A stretch of 64,000 nucleotides of DNA from Nitrosopumilaceae archaeon. Lineage in GTDB: Archaea; Thermoproteota; Nitrososphaeria; Nitrososphaerales; Nitrosopumilaceae. The notes beneath the pieces were generated by a model. That model made no database searches. It saw nothing but the letters and a program-made list of their open reading frames with translations, and was not told the DNA's origin. Location of the stretch: contig CBDBCR010000001.1 of the NCBI GenBank assembly GCA_965203465.1, positions 416,001 to 480,000 of the forward strand. The letters are read 5' to 3'. This document shows positions 27,374 through 37,881 of the stretch, in pieces. Each line of letters starts with the position of its first letter. Positions within the stretch are counted from its first letter, which is position 1. The translations under genes were made by a program, and so were the position numbers.

Positions 27374-27571
27374 ATGGAAGGGCGGCGGGCGGTCAGGTGT
27401 CCGGAGTGCGATTCGGCGGTGCTCAACACGCCGCGCATAGTCGTGCGCCGCACAAAGTCGACCCGGATAGGGCTGCCGCTCAAGGCGTGCCCCCGGTGCA
27501 GGATAATCGTGGCGGCCGGGGCCATGGACGGCTGGAGGATATGGACGCCCAACGGGCTGGCCGAGACGTGA
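27374..27571 (+). CDS. Small Zn-ribbon protein
   Basis: CPECD...CPRCR; AT-rich tract about 25 nt upstream. Confidence 0.6.
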   Translation: MEGRRAVRCPECDSAVLNTPRIVVRRTKSTRIGLPLKACPRCRIIVAAGAMDGWRIWTPNGLAET

Positions 27572-27630
27572 GGGCCGCCCCGCTTGGCCGCGGCCGCATG
27601 GGTTATACGCGCCGGGCGCGCACGTAGTGC

Positions 27631-28500
27631 GTGGCGCGCGGGTACGCATCCGACGAGCTTGGCAGGCGCGTGGCCGACCTGCTCGGATCGAACCCGGGCC
27701 TGCCGGGCTCGGAAATTTCGCGCAGGCTGGGCGTGGGCAGGGCCACCATGGCAAAGTACCTCTCGCTCTTCGAATCCGAGGGCCTTGTGCGCAAGAGCCT
27801 CGCCGGCGGCGTGGCCCTCTGGCACGCAGGAGACGCGGCCGAGCGGTTCTCGTTTCCCGAGGACTATTTCCGCGTGCAGAAAAAATACTCAAAGGCGCTC
27901 TCGTCGCTTTCCGTCTCCGAGGCGCGCTCGCTCGTCTCGGGGTGCGCGCACTCGGGCGCGTCGGTCTCGCGCATGGTGTCGGAGGTGTTTTTGCCGTCGG
28001 TGCTAGAGACGGGCGCGCTCTTCGACCAGGGCAGGATCGGGGCCGCCGAGGAGAGCATGATGAGGACGATGGTCTCCGATTCCATACGGCAGCTCGACTT
28101 TCCGCCGCCGCCCGAGCCGGGCAAGACCGCGGTGCTCATGTCGGCAGACTCGGACAGGCTCATGCTCGACGCCGCGCGCGCCATGTACGGCGCCGAGCGC
28201 TGGCGCACCTGCTCTCTAGGAAACGTGGCCACCGCGGCCGACGTGATATTCGACCTGGACCTGCAAAAGCTCGTCGCGCGCGTCTCGGGCGGGCGCGGCA
28301 CCACGGTCGTGGCCGTCTTTTCCGGCTCGCCCGAGCCCATGGCGTTCTTTGCAGAGGCCGTAAAGTCGGTAAAGTCGCGCCACCGCGGCCGGCTCCTGTC
28401 GGTGCTGTGCGGCCCCGACTGCGGCGTGGAGGCGGACCTTGCCACCGACGACCTCTCGGCGGTGCTCCAGTGGTCCGAGACCGCCTGCGGGGCGGCCTAG
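27631..28500 (+). CDS. HTH transcriptional regulator with degenerate cobalamin-binding-like C-terminal domains
   Basis: GSEISRRLGVGRATMAKYL wHTH; ETGALFDQGRIGAAEE resembles the B12 cap; SLGNV in a Rossmann-like part. Confidence 0.7.
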   Translation: MARGYASDELGRRVADLLGSNPGLPGSEISRRLGVGRATMAKYLSLFESEGLVRKSLAGGVALWHAGDAAERFSFPEDYFRVQKKYSKALSSLSVSEARSLVSGCAHSGASVSRMVSEVFLPSVLETGALFDQGRIGAAEESMMRTMVSDSIRQLDFPPPPEPGKTAVLMSADSDRLMLDAARAMYGAERWRTCSLGNVATAADVIFDLDLQKLVARVSGGRGTTVVAVFSGSPEPMAFFAEAVKSVKSRHRGRLLSVLCGPDCGVEADLATDDLSAVLQWSETACGAA

Positions 28501-29378
28501 CCGAGCGCGATCCCGGCCGCCGCCAAGGCGCCTGCGGCCCTCGAAGACCAGACCGTCCTCGACATGGCCTCGATGCAGTCGCCCGAGTGGCCGCGGCGCA
28601 GCGAGAGGCCGGCGCGCGCGGCCAGGGGCAGGGCCGCCAACGCCAGCAGCGCAGAGTGCGGAAGGGCCCCAGAAAGGGCCCCCGCGGCCACCGAGGCGTA
28701 GGCGGCCGCCGCAAAGACCCAAAAGAGCGGAGCGGCCCTCTCCCTGCCCAAGAGCGTCACGAGCGTCCTGCGCCCGCCGGCCTTGTCGGCGTCGTGGTCC
28801 GGAAAGGATGTCACGAACAGGACCAGCGCCGAGAGGCACCCCGCCGCCGCGCCGGCAAAGGCCACCTCGGCCCCGAGCCCGCCGGACTGTATCAGGTATG
28901 TGCCGGCCACGATGGCCGCGCCCTTGGCGGCAACGAAGACCTCGGCCAGCCCCGTATCGACGATGCGCCCCGAGTACATGTACACCGAGACGACGGCAAA
29001 GGCCAGCAGGGCCGCGACGGGCCACCCCTGCATGTACACAAAGTACGCGCCGGCCGCGGCCCCCGCGGCGAGCAGCGCGAGGCCGGCCCTGCGCACCTTC
29101 TCCGGCTCCAGCAGGCCCTCGGGCAGCACGCCGGTGCCGCCGCTCATGCCTGTCCTGCGCGTCCTAGAGTCGATGCCGCGCCTGTAGTCGTGGTAGTCGT
29201 TGAGCATGTCGACGCTCGCGTGGAGGGCCAGCACGCCCGCCATGGTCAGGGCCGCGTGGCCCGCGTCGAGCGTCCCCGACTGCCACCACTGCAGCGCGAG
29301 GCCCGAGCACACGGCTATGACAGAGGCCAGCATGAACTTGGGGCGCGCCAGGCGGGCCCACGCGCGCAGCGCGCCCAA
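28497..29378 (-). CDS. menA: UbiA-family prenyltransferase (MenA-like)
   Basis: LNDYHDYRRGID, FPDHDADKAGGRRTL, multi-TM. Confidence 0.8.
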   Translation of the reverse strand: MGALRAWARLARPKFMLASVIAVCSGLALQWWQSGTLDAGHAALTMAGVLALHASVDMLNDYHDYRRGIDSRTRRTGMSGGTGVLPEGLLEPEKVRRAGLALLAAGAAAGAYFVYMQGWPVAALLAFAVVSVYMYSGRIVDTGLAEVFVAAKGAAIVAGTYLIQSGGLGAEVAFAGAAAGCLSALVLFVTSFPDHDADKAGGRRTLVTLLGRERAAPLFWVFAAAAYASVAAGALSGALPHSALLALAALPLAARAGLSLRRGHSGDCIEAMSRTVWSSRAAGALAAAGIALG

Positions 29379-29379
29379 T

Positions 29380-29763
29380 CTACACTAGCGCCTCGTCGCT
29401 TACCTCGAGCGGCTTGCGCCCGGCAAAGCCCGACCCGATCTCGTGCCAGAACTTGACCGAATCCTCGCCGTACTTCCAGCACAGCCACACCTCCTCGCCG
29501 AACCTTTTCGACGGAAAGTCGGCCAGCCCGCCCTCGACGCTCTTTACTATCACGCCGGCCGACTCCATCTCCTCCATGTCGGCATGAAAGCGCGCGGCGG
29601 CAGAGTTGAAGCGCTGCTTCAGCCGTATCCACTCGTCCAGGCTGGAGGCCCGCGACATCATGGCCTCGGCCTTGTCCATCTCGCCCTTTTCCTTGATGAT
29701 TTTCCCCATCAGACCCGAGACGGCCGGAAGGGCGGCGTTGGCCTCGGACTGCGTAAAGAACAC
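29380..29763 (-). CDS. DUF2203 family protein
   Basis: FTQSEANAALP..GLADFPS..VWLCWKYGE..FWHEIGSGFAGRKPL. Confidence 0.85.
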   Translation of the reverse strand: MFFTQSEANAALPAVSGLMGKIIKEKGEMDKAEAMMSRASSLDEWIRLKQRFNSAAARFHADMEEMESAGVIVKSVEGGLADFPSKRFGEEVWLCWKYGEDSVKFWHEIGSGFAGRKPLEVSDEALV

Positions 29764-29889
29764 GCACGCGCGGCGGCCCGGCCCGATTTAAAGCCTGCGC
29801 GCGAACCCGCGCACTCTTTTCCGGGCCGCGGGGACGGCCCGCCGCTCCAAACAATCCATCTTTATACGGGCGGCAGGCCGGCCGCCGAG

Positions 29890-30453
29890 TTGCTCAACAG
29901 GCTGCGCGGACGGCTAGAGCCGGCGCTTTCCGCGGTGGGGCGGGCGTTCGCGGCCACCGGCCTGCCGCCGGACTTTTGGACGTACCTCGGGCTGGCCCTC
30001 GCGCTGGCCTCGGCCGGCGCTTTCGCGAGCGGGCTGCAGCACGCCGCGCTCTTGGGCGGCGCGCTGCTCTTGGCCTCGGGATTCTTTGACGTGGTCGACG
30101 GGCAGGTGGCGCGCGCGGCAAAAAAAGAGTCGCGCCGCGGCGCGTTCGCCGACTCGCTCGCGGACAAGGCGGCCGAGGCGGCCGTCTTTGTCGGCATCAT
30201 GGCCGGTTCCCTGGCCGAGCCGCTGCTGGTCGCCGCGGCCCTCTCGCTCTCGCTGCTGGTAAGCTACGCGCGGGCGCGCGCCGAATCTTTGGGCGTGCAG
30301 CTGTCCGGCGTCGGGATAGGCGAGCGCGCGGAGCGCCTGCTGATACTGGCCGTCGTGGGGATGTTTTGGATGGAGGCCGCCGTGGCCGCGGTGGCCGCCG
30401 CAGCGGCTATAACCTTGGCGCACAGGGCCGTATCCACGGCCCGGCGGCTCTAG
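29890..30453 (+). CDS. CDP-alcohol phosphatidyltransferase (archaetidylinositol phosphate synthase-like)
   Basis: DVVDGQVAR..GAFADSLADK, VSYARARAE, ERAERL. Confidence 0.88.
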   Translation: MLNRLRGRLEPALSAVGRAFAATGLPPDFWTYLGLALALASAGAFASGLQHAALLGGALLLASGFFDVVDGQVARAAKKESRRGAFADSLADKAAEAAVFVGIMAGSLAEPLLVAAALSLSLLVSYARARAESLGVQLSGVGIGERAERLLILAVVGMFWMEAAVAAVAAAAAITLAHRAVSTARRL

Positions 30454-30737
30454 CGGAGCCGGCCGCGCTTGCGGCGGTTGTCCGCCGAGCGTATCTTTAG
30501 GATCTTGAAGTGTATGGCGCACGATATGCAGTACCAGTTGAGCACCTTGGGGGAGGCGATGTAGGTGCCCTGCGCGCGCAGCTCCTTTGCGAGCGTGTGC
30601 TCGACTAGGCTGAGCCTGGAGGTGACCTTTTTGGCCTTGTCCTTGGGGACCGTCTGGCCGCAGTTGGAGCACTGGACAACGCCGGTCGAGCCCTTGCCCC
30701 CCTTGGTGCGGCCCCTGCTTGCGCGCTTTAGCGGCAT
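30450..30737 (-). CDS. rps26e: 30S ribosomal protein S26e
   Basis: MPLKRASRGR..VQCSNCG..PKDKAKK..YCISCAIH. Confidence 0.95.
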   Translation of the reverse strand: MPLKRASRGRTKGGKGSTGVVQCSNCGQTVPKDKAKKVTSRLSLVEHTLAKELRAQGTYIASPKVLNWYCISCAIHFKILKIRSADNRRKRGRLR

Positions 30738-30818
30738 GGGTGAGCGCGCCCGAATCTGGCTATATATTCGTGCGTCTGCCGGCAACCCCTAAATCGCTCG
30801 CGCCGGCGCCGCCCGGAA

Positions 30819-31679
30819 GTGAAGGCCGAGGTATGGGGGCACTGCACATTCGATTCGCTGTCGGTTGTCGGCGCCCGGTACCAGAGGCCGGGCGGGCCGC
30901 CCTGCTACTGCGGCCGCGCCGCGGCCCGCATGGGCGCCTCGGTCACGCTGCGCACGCGCTTCGGGCCCGACTTCGACCCCGCGCATCTTGGCGGCATGGA
31001 GTGCCCCGACGCTCGGTGCCCCTCGCCCACGACGCGCTTCCGCATAGAGGTGGAGGGGGCCTCGCGCCGCGTCTTTTTCGAAAACTCGTGCGAGCCGGTG
31101 CTGCCCGCCAGCTCCGATCCGGACTGTTCCATGGTCAACCCCGTCATGGGCGAGCTCGCAGGCGAGGCGCTGCTGTGCGCCCGCAGGGGCGGCTTCGTGA
31201 TGCTCGACCCGCAGGGGTTTTTGCGCAGGGCCGGTGCCGGCGGCTTGGTGAGTTTCGAGGGGCGGGCCCCGGACATGGAGGGCGTCTCGGCCGTAAAGGC
31301 CAGCCCGCCGGAGCTGGAGGCCATGACGGGAAGCTGCGGCCTCGAGGGCATGAAGCTGCTGCAAAAGGCCGGCGCGGCCTGCGTGCTGCACACCGACGGG
31401 CTCGAGATATCTATGTTGGAGGGGGGGCGCCTGTACTCCATCCGGCTGCCCAACCGCGACGTGGGCGACACGACCGGGGCCGGCGACATACTCGGCGCCA
31501 CGTTCGCCTGCGCGATGGTGCGCGAGCGCGACCCCGTCTGGGCCCTGTGCTTCGCCGGCGGGGCGGTCCAGGCCGCGCTAGAGTCGGGCCTGCCGGGGCC
31601 CGACAAGGTGCAGCCTGCCGGGGCCACCTCGACCAACGCCTCGTACTTTTACAACCTGCTGGAATTCCGTTCCGCATGA
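30819..31679 (+). CDS. PfkB-family carbohydrate kinase
   Basis: PGGPPCY, LDPQGFLR, DTTGAGD. Confidence 0.85.
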   Translation: MKAEVWGHCTFDSLSVVGARYQRPGGPPCYCGRAAARMGASVTLRTRFGPDFDPAHLGGMECPDARCPSPTTRFRIEVEGASRRVFFENSCEPVLPASSDPDCSMVNPVMGELAGEALLCARRGGFVMLDPQGFLRRAGAGGLVSFEGRAPDMEGVSAVKASPPELEAMTGSCGLEGMKLLQKAGAACVLHTDGLEISMLEGGRLYSIRLPNRDVGDTTGAGDILGATFACAMVRERDPVWALCFAGGAVQAALESGLPGPDKVQPAGATSTNASYFYNLLEFRSA

Positions 31680-31710
31680 TTATTTTACCGGTGGCGGGGG
31701 CGGGGCGCCC

Positions 31711-32712
31711 GTGAAGGTCTCGGTGTACGCGCCAGACGCGCCAGAGCAGTCGGTGCGCAGGCTGCGCCGCATGCTGGAGCTGGAGGGCGTGCAGAGCAGG
31801 GCGGCCAAGCCGCGCTCAAAGCCCGCCGGCGAGGACTGCGTGCTGGTGCTCGGCGGGGACAAGGGGGTGCGCGAGTACTTTCACAAGGCGCCCGACACGT
31901 CGGTGCCGGTGCTGGGCCTAGGCGAGGGCGAATCGGGCGGCATGCTGGCGCAGACCGACATACGGGATCTCGCCTCGGATCTGCCGCGCCTGCGGCGCGG
32001 GCGGTACTCGGTGCAGGAGGTGCCGCGCCTCGGCGTGGCAATAGACGGGGGCGAGGCGCGCCCGGCGCTAAACGACGCGGCGGTCTTTCCTTCGCGCAGC
32101 GCCATGCTCATGGAGCACACGCTGCGCGTCAACGGCCAGGACGTCTGGCACGACAGCGGCGACGGCGTGATCGTCTCCACGCCGATGGGCTCGTCGGCGT
32201 ATTCCATGTCGGCCGGCGGGCCTATGATATTCCAGGAATCGCGCGTCTTTGGCGTGATCTCGGTCAACTCGCTGGACATCACGCGCCGGCCCTTGGTGGT
32301 CTCGGACGGCTCGGTCATAGAGATGGGCGACATTTCGTCCCAGCTGCACTGCGAGGCGGTCATCGACGGCATCGCGCGCCACCCGGTCAAAAAGTCGGTC
32401 TCTTGCTCGCTGATGCAGCCGCCGGCGCGCATCGTGCGGCTGCGCGACGACTCCGCTTCCATAACGGCGCTCGCGCGCAAGGTGGATCTTGCGGCCGAGC
32501 TGCTGCGCATGCCGCCAAGCTCCAAACTTCTGCTAAAGACGCTAGAGTACGAGGGGGCCCTCACCCAGCGCGACCTTGCCAGCCGCACGATGCTGCCGCC
32601 GCGCACCCTGAGGCTCTCGCTGCGCCACCTGCTCGACGGCGGGTACGTCAAGCGGCGCGTCTCGGCGCGCGACGGCAGGCAGAGGATCTACGAGATTGCC
32701 GGGCTCGAATAA
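31711..32712 (+). CDS. NAD kinase-family protein fused to a C-terminal wHTH
   Basis: LGGDKG, ALND, GDGVIVSTPMGSSAYSMSAGGP; C-terminal TQRDLASRTMLPPRTLRLSL..DGRQRIY. Confidence 0.85.
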   Translation: MKVSVYAPDAPEQSVRRLRRMLELEGVQSRAAKPRSKPAGEDCVLVLGGDKGVREYFHKAPDTSVPVLGLGEGESGGMLAQTDIRDLASDLPRLRRGRYSVQEVPRLGVAIDGGEARPALNDAAVFPSRSAMLMEHTLRVNGQDVWHDSGDGVIVSTPMGSSAYSMSAGGPMIFQESRVFGVISVNSLDITRRPLVVSDGSVIEMGDISSQLHCEAVIDGIARHPVKKSVSCSLMQPPARIVRLRDDSASITALARKVDLAAELLRMPPSSKLLLKTLEYEGALTQRDLASRTMLPPRTLRLSLRHLLDGGYVKRRVSARDGRQRIYEIAGLE

Positions 32713-32737
32713 ATTGGGGGGCGCGGGGGACGCCGGC

Positions 32738-33136
32738 GTGCAGTGGACCGGCGGCCTGTTCGTGCGCCACGAGGGGGGCTTTGAGATGGTCATGCGGGCC
32801 CTCAACCACTACAACAGGCGGCTGCGACGCATCTCGGAAAGCCCCGAGCTGGGCTCGGCCGGGGCCATGCTGGCCTCGGTGCTCCAGTCCGAATCCGCAA
32901 AGACGGCGCCGAAACTGAAGGAGCTTGCCGCGCGCATGCGCGCCTCGCTGACAGACGACGCCGCGCTGGCCTCGCTGGAAAACGACCTGGACTTGGCGGG
33001 GCGCGCCATGTCCTGCTACGCCTCGGACCTGCGCAGGGCCGCGTCGGGCGACGAGTTCTGCGCCTCGCTGCTGAGGGACGCCGACGAGCCCGGGGCCGTC
33101 GAGGCCGCCCTGGAAAAGCTCAAAGGGTACTGCTAG
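32738..33136 (+). CDS. Conserved hypothetical helical protein
   Basis: Host-like codon usage; TATA-like AATAAATT about 25 nt before the GTG. Confidence 0.65.
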   Translation: MQWTGGLFVRHEGGFEMVMRALNHYNRRLRRISESPELGSAGAMLASVLQSESAKTAPKLKELAARMRASLTDDAALASLENDLDLAGRAMSCYASDLRRAASGDEFCASLLRDADEPGAVEAALEKLKGYC

Positions 33137-34716
33137 GAGGCGGCCCTGACGAACGCAGAGAACGCCTCCTCTGGGAAGCCGGGCCTGCTGTTGAACTCGG
33201 GGTGGAACTGCACGCCGAGGAAGAATTTTTTGGACGGTATCTCGAGCACCTCTATGCGCCCGTCGGCGCTGCTGCCGCTGAATTCCATCCCCTCCGATTC
33301 CATCTCTTGGGCGTAGCGCGGGTTTATCTCGTAGCGGTGCCGGTGCCTCTTTGTTATCCTCTCGGCGCCGTATATGCTCGCCGCCATCGAGCCTTCGCGC
33401 AGCCGTATCTCCTCTGCGCCGAGGCGCAGCGAGCCGCCCATCCGGTCCTCGCCGCCGCGGCCCGGCAGCAGGCCCACCACGGGGTGGGCCGTGCGCGGGT
33501 CTATCTCGGTCGAGTTTGCCTCGGCCCTGCCGCAGGCCGCGCGGCAGAACGCGACCGCGGCGAGCTGGAACCCGAAGCAAATGCCGAGGTACGGCACGTC
33601 CCTCTCCATCGCGTAGCGCGCGGCCGAGAGTATGCCGTCCGAGCCGCGCGTGCCGAACCCGCCGGGCACCAGTATCCCGTCGTACTTTTCCAGGTCCGGC
33701 TCGGCGCCGATCGCCTCGGAGTCGAGCCAGTCTATCGCGACGGGGCGGCCGGCGCGCGCGCCCGCGTGCCGCAGCGCCTCGTTCACGCTCACGTAGCTGT
33801 CCGCCAGCGTCACGTACTTGCCCACCATGGCTATGCGGACCGGCTCGCCGGAGGGCTGCGCGCCGACCACGCCGTTCCACGCGCTCCACCCGCGCGACGT
33901 ATCGACCAGCCCGATTACGCCGAACCTGCGCAGTATGGCGTCCTCGACGCCCTGCTCGTGCAGCATGGCCGGCACCTTGAAGACCGGATCGGCGTCGTGG
34001 CACGAGACCACGTCGCGCGCGGCCACGTTGGTGAACATGGCTATCTTGGACTTTGTCTTCTCTTCGAGCGGCTGCGAGCAGCGCACCGCCAGCATGTCCG
34101 GCTGTATGCCTATGCGGCGCAGCTCCTGCACGCTGTGCTGCGTGGGCTTTGTCTTCTGCTCGCCTACCACGTCCAGCGAGGGGGCCAGCGTGACGTGCAC
34201 GAACACGACGGCGCCCGGGCCGTCCTCGGCCCTTATCTGCCTGAGCGCCTCGAGGAACGGCAGGCTCTCGATGTCCCCGACGGTGCCGCCGCACTCGACT
34301 ACGAGCACGTCCAAATCCTCGTCCTTTGCCACGCCCCTTATGCGCCGCTTTATCTCGTCGGTGACGTGGGGTATTATCTGCACGCACGCGCCCAGGTACT
34401 CGCCTGCGCGCTCTGCCCTCAGCACGCTCGAATACACCTGCGCGGTGGTGATGTTGTGCGACCTGCGCATGTCCTGGTTGAGGAACCGCTCGTAGTTGCC
34501 TATGTCCATGTCGCACTCGCCGCCGTCCTCGGTCACGAAGACCTCGCCGTGGGCGACCGGGTTCATGGTGCCCGCGTCGTAGTTTAGGTACGGGTCTATC
34601 TTTACGCACGAGACCCGCTGGTTGGCAAGCTGGAGCAGCTTTGCTATCGAGGCGGTCGTGACGCCCTTGCCGAGCCCGGACATGACCCCGCCGGTCACAA
34701 AGACGTACCTCGTCAC
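33133..34716 (-). CDS. pyrG: CTP synthase
   Basis: FVTGGVMSGLGKG, KTKPTQHSV, GICFG, QFHPEF. Confidence 0.97.
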   Translation of the reverse strand: MTRYVFVTGGVMSGLGKGVTTASIAKLLQLANQRVSCVKIDPYLNYDAGTMNPVAHGEVFVTEDGGECDMDIGNYERFLNQDMRRSHNITTAQVYSSVLRAERAGEYLGACVQIIPHVTDEIKRRIRGVAKDEDLDVLVVECGGTVGDIESLPFLEALRQIRAEDGPGAVVFVHVTLAPSLDVVGEQKTKPTQHSVQELRRIGIQPDMLAVRCSQPLEEKTKSKIAMFTNVAARDVVSCHDADPVFKVPAMLHEQGVEDAILRRFGVIGLVDTSRGWSAWNGVVGAQPSGEPVRIAMVGKYVTLADSYVSVNEALRHAGARAGRPVAIDWLDSEAIGAEPDLEKYDGILVPGGFGTRGSDGILSAARYAMERDVPYLGICFGFQLAAVAFCRAACGRAEANSTEIDPRTAHPVVGLLPGRGGEDRMGGSLRLGAEEIRLREGSMAASIYGAERITKRHRHRYEINPRYAQEMESEGMEFSGSSADGRIEVLEIPSKKFFLGVQFHPEFNSRPGFPEEAFSAFVRAAS

Positions 34717-34748
34717 GGGCGCCGCCCGGGCAGCTCTTCTTTTGTACC

Positions 34749-35225
34749 TTACTTTTTGCTGTCCGAGACGGATGTGCCCGGGAAAAAGTCGGCCTCGCGC
34801 CCCTCCTCCAGGGCGTTCTTTATGGCCAGCACGGTGGTTATGGCCACGTTCTTGTACTTTTCGAACATGTCCATGGCCTCGACGGCCTCGCCGGTCTTCC
34901 AGGGCAGCAGCATGTTGCCCACGTACCCCCTTATGCGGTCCTCGGACGGCTCGAGCTTGTGGGCGAACTTGTTGCGTATGCGGTTCATCTGCTGGCCGTT
35001 GTAGTACAGCACGTCCGAGAGGAACCCCATGCCGTGCAGCAGCCTCAGCTTGAGCTCGGTCGGAAAGTAGTGCTCGTCGAGCAGGCTCTTCTGCCGGGGG
35101 AACTTTCTTTCTATGGCCGCGTCAAGATAGTGCTCCAAGTACAGGTGGGCCCGCACGAACAGCGTGATCTCCTTCTCGGCCCCGAGTATCTCCTTTATGA
35201 TGTCGTCGCGCACCGCGTCGCTCAT
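34749..35225 (-). CDS. MtlR-like / HEPN-superfamily helical protein
   Basis: LFVRAHLYLEHYL..LKLRLLHGMG..NRIRNKFAH; ATGA overlap with the trpA stop. Confidence 0.65.
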   Translation of the reverse strand: MSDAVRDDIIKEILGAEKEITLFVRAHLYLEHYLDAAIERKFPRQKSLLDEHYFPTELKLRLLHGMGFLSDVLYYNGQQMNRIRNKFAHKLEPSEDRIRGYVGNMLLPWKTGEAVEAMDMFEKYKNVAITTVLAIKNALEEGREADFFPGTSVSDSKK

Positions 35226-35974
35226 CTCGTAGCCTCCTTGAGGCGGCCGGCGAGGCCGGCCGGATCCGGCGACCTTATCAGGGCGCTGCCGACTATGACC
35301 GCGTCGGCGCCGGCGCGCACGCACGCGCGCACGTCTGCCGGCTCCGAGACGCCGAAGCCTATGCCGACGGGCAGCCCCGTCGACGCCCTGGCCCTGCGCA
35401 GCGCCGAGGCCGCGTGCGAGGCCACGCCGGCCCGCCCGCCGGTCGTGCCGTACGCTGCGACCACGTACACAAAGCCGCTCGAGGCAGAAGCTATGCGGGC
35501 CATGCGGGCGGGCTGCGTGTTGGGGGCCGCAAGGAATATCGTGTCCAGCCTGCCGCGCGCGGCCCTCCTGTACTCGGATTCCTCGGGGGGCATGTCGGGC
35601 ACCACCATGCCGTCGATGCCCGCCTCGGCGGCCTCGCCGGCGAACCTTTCGTAGCCGTGCCGGTGCAGCACGTTTGCGTACGTCATCAGTATCAGCGGCG
35701 CGTCGGTTTTTCCGCGTATCCTCTTGGCGGTCCTGAAGAACGCGGCGCGGCGCGCCCCCGCCTTTAGCGACTTTTCGGCCGCTTCCTGTATGACCGGCCC
35801 GTCGGCGAGCGGATCGGAGAACGGGAACCCCAGCTCGAGCATGTCGGCCCCGCCGCCTAGCAGCGAGAGGGCCGACTTTTCCGAGGCGCGCGCGGCGCCG
35901 GCCATGGTGTACGCTATCAGGGCACGCTCGCCCCTGCCGGACAGCTCAGAGAAGAGCTCGCCTATGCGCGTCAC
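35222..35974 (-). CDS. trpA: Tryptophan synthase alpha chain
   Basis: [29 protein letters not shown]. Confidence 0.95.
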   Translation of the reverse strand: MTRIGELFSELSGRGERALIAYTMAGAARASEKSALSLLGGGADMLELGFPFSDPLADGPVIQEAAEKSLKAGARRAAFFRTAKRIRGKTDAPLILMTYANVLHRHGYERFAGEAAEAGIDGMVVPDMPPEESEYRRAARGRLDTIFLAAPNTQPARMARIASASSGFVYVVAAYGTTGGRAGVASHAASALRRARASTGLPVGIGFGVSEPADVRACVRAGADAVIVGSALIRSPDPAGLAGRLKEATR

Positions 35975-37140
35975 GGCCGCCCGCCCGAGTATTTCTGGAT
36001 CATCTCGACGTCCTTGTCCCCGCGACCCGACAGGGTCACCACTATGGTGTCGGACTTTTTGCCCCCGCGCGCCATCTTTACGGCCCCGGCCACCGCGTGG
36101 GCCGACTCGAGGGCCGGTATGATCCCCTCGGTCTCGGAGAGCGTCCTGAACGCGGCGACGGCCTCGGCATCGGTCACGGCAGAATACGAGGCCCTGCCCG
36201 TCTCCTTGAGGTGCGCGTGCTCGGGCCCCACGCCAGGGTAGTCGAGGCCCGCGGACAGGCTGTGCGTCTGGAGCACCTGCCCGTCGCCGTCCTGCAGCAG
36301 GTACGACTTCATGCCGTGCAGTATGCCGGCGCTGCCCGCCGAGAGCGTGGCCGAGTGGCGCCCGCCGCGCAGCCCCGAGCCGCCGGCCTCGAAGCCTGCG
36401 AGTTTCACCCCGTCGCGCAGCATCGGGTAGAACGACCCTATGGCGTTGGAGCCGCCCCCGACGCAGGCCACCACGGCGCCGGGCAGCCGGCCGGTCTGCG
36501 CGACCGACTGCGCCTTTATCTCCCTGCCTATTACGCTCTGAAAGTCCCTGACCATGCGGGGGTACGGGTGGGGCCCGACCGCCGAGCCCAAAAGGTAGTA
36601 CGTGCTCTTTACGTTGGCTATCCAGTCGCGTATGGCCTCGTTTATGGCGTCCTTTAGCGTCCGGGAACCGGACCGCACCGGCCTGACCGTCGAGCCGAGC
36701 AGCTCCATGCGGAACACGTTGAGCTTTTGCCTGACCGTGTCCTTGTGCCCCATGTACACCTCGGCGGACCTGCCGAGCGCCGCGCACGCCATTGCCGTGG
36801 CCACGCCGTGCTGCCCGGCGCCGGTCTCGGCGATTATCCTCTTTTTGCCCATCCTCTCGGCGAGCAGCGCCTGGCCGAGCGTGTTGTTTATCTTGTGGGC
36901 GCCGCCGTGCAGCAGATCCTCGCGCTTTAGGTATATGCGCGAGCCGCCCACCCTGCGCGTCAGGTTCTCGGCGTAGTGCAGCGGGGTCGGCCTGCCTGCC
37001 CCCCTCAGCAGCTTTGCCAGGCGGGCCCTGAAGCGCGGGTCGGCCCTGGCCTCGAGGTACTCGGATTCGAGCTCTTGGAGCGCGGGCACCAGCGTCTCTG
37101 GGACGTACGAGCCGCCGAACCTGCCGAACGCGCCCCTCAA
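35971..37140 (-). CDS. trpB: Tryptophan synthase beta chain
   Basis: [41 protein letters not shown]. Confidence 0.97.
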   Translation of the reverse strand: MRGAFGRFGGSYVPETLVPALQELESEYLEARADPRFRARLAKLLRGAGRPTPLHYAENLTRRVGGSRIYLKREDLLHGGAHKINNTLGQALLAERMGKKRIIAETGAGQHGVATAMACAALGRSAEVYMGHKDTVRQKLNVFRMELLGSTVRPVRSGSRTLKDAINEAIRDWIANVKSTYYLLGSAVGPHPYPRMVRDFQSVIGREIKAQSVAQTGRLPGAVVACVGGGSNAIGSFYPMLRDGVKLAGFEAGGSGLRGGRHSATLSAGSAGILHGMKSYLLQDGDGQVLQTHSLSAGLDYPGVGPEHAHLKETGRASYSAVTDAEAVAAFRTLSETEGIIPALESAHAVAGAVKMARGGKKSDTIVVTLSGRGDKDVEMIQKYSGGRP

Positions 37141-37880
37141 AGCGCGCCCACCATCTCGGATACGCGGGCGCCGATGTCGCCGGACATGACCGAGGTGCCC
37201 ACCAGCAGCGCGTCGGCCCCGCACGCGCGCAGGCGGCGCACGTCTTCTGCCGTCCGCACGCCGCTTTCGGCCACCAGGGGCGCCCCGGAGAACCCGCGCG
37301 CCAGTCTGCAGAACAGGCCGGGGTCTATCTTCAGCGTGTCCAGGTCGCGGCTGTTGACGCCGATGACGTCCGCGCCGGCCTGCCGCGCGCTCTCCATCTC
37401 TTTTCCGGTGTGCACTTCCAAGAGCACGTCCAGTCCCCTTTTATGTCCATGCTCGAGAAGCTCCGCCATGTTTTCGGCGTGGCCCGCGTCGAAGACCGCC
37501 TGTATGAGCAGCACGCAGTCGGCGCCGGCCGAGGCGCCCGCGTCTATCTGCTCTTTTTCCACCACGATGTCCTTCATCAGCAGCGGGACGTCCACCGCGC
37601 GCCGCGCGGCGGCCAGGTTCTCCACTGAGCCGCCGAACAGGTGCGGCTGCGTGAGCACCGATATGGCGCGCGCGCCGGCGCCGGCCATGGCCTCGGCCGC
37701 GCGGGCGGGGTCGCCCGACGCTATGCGTCCCATCGACGGGGATGCATACTTTATCTCGGCTATTATGGACGGCGAGGCCAGCGCGGCGGCCATGGACCGC
37801 GAGCCGGCCAGCCCGTGCCTTTTTTTGTACGCGCCCTCGTCGAGCGCCCTGTAAGAGTTGGCCACCAGCCGGGCCAGCAT
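37137..37880 (-). CDS. trpC: Indole-3-glycerol phosphate synthase
   Basis: [30 protein letters not shown]. Confidence 0.94.
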   Translation of the reverse strand: MLARLVANSYRALDEGAYKKRHGLAGSRSMAAALASPSIIAEIKYASPSMGRIASGDPARAAEAMAGAGARAISVLTQPHLFGGSVENLAAARRAVDVPLLMKDIVVEKEQIDAGASAGADCVLLIQAVFDAGHAENMAELLEHGHKRGLDVLLEVHTGKEMESARQAGADVIGVNSRDLDTLKIDPGLFCRLARGFSGAPLVAESGVRTAEDVRRLRACGADALLVGTSVMSGDIGARVSEMVGAL

Positions 37881-37881
37881 G

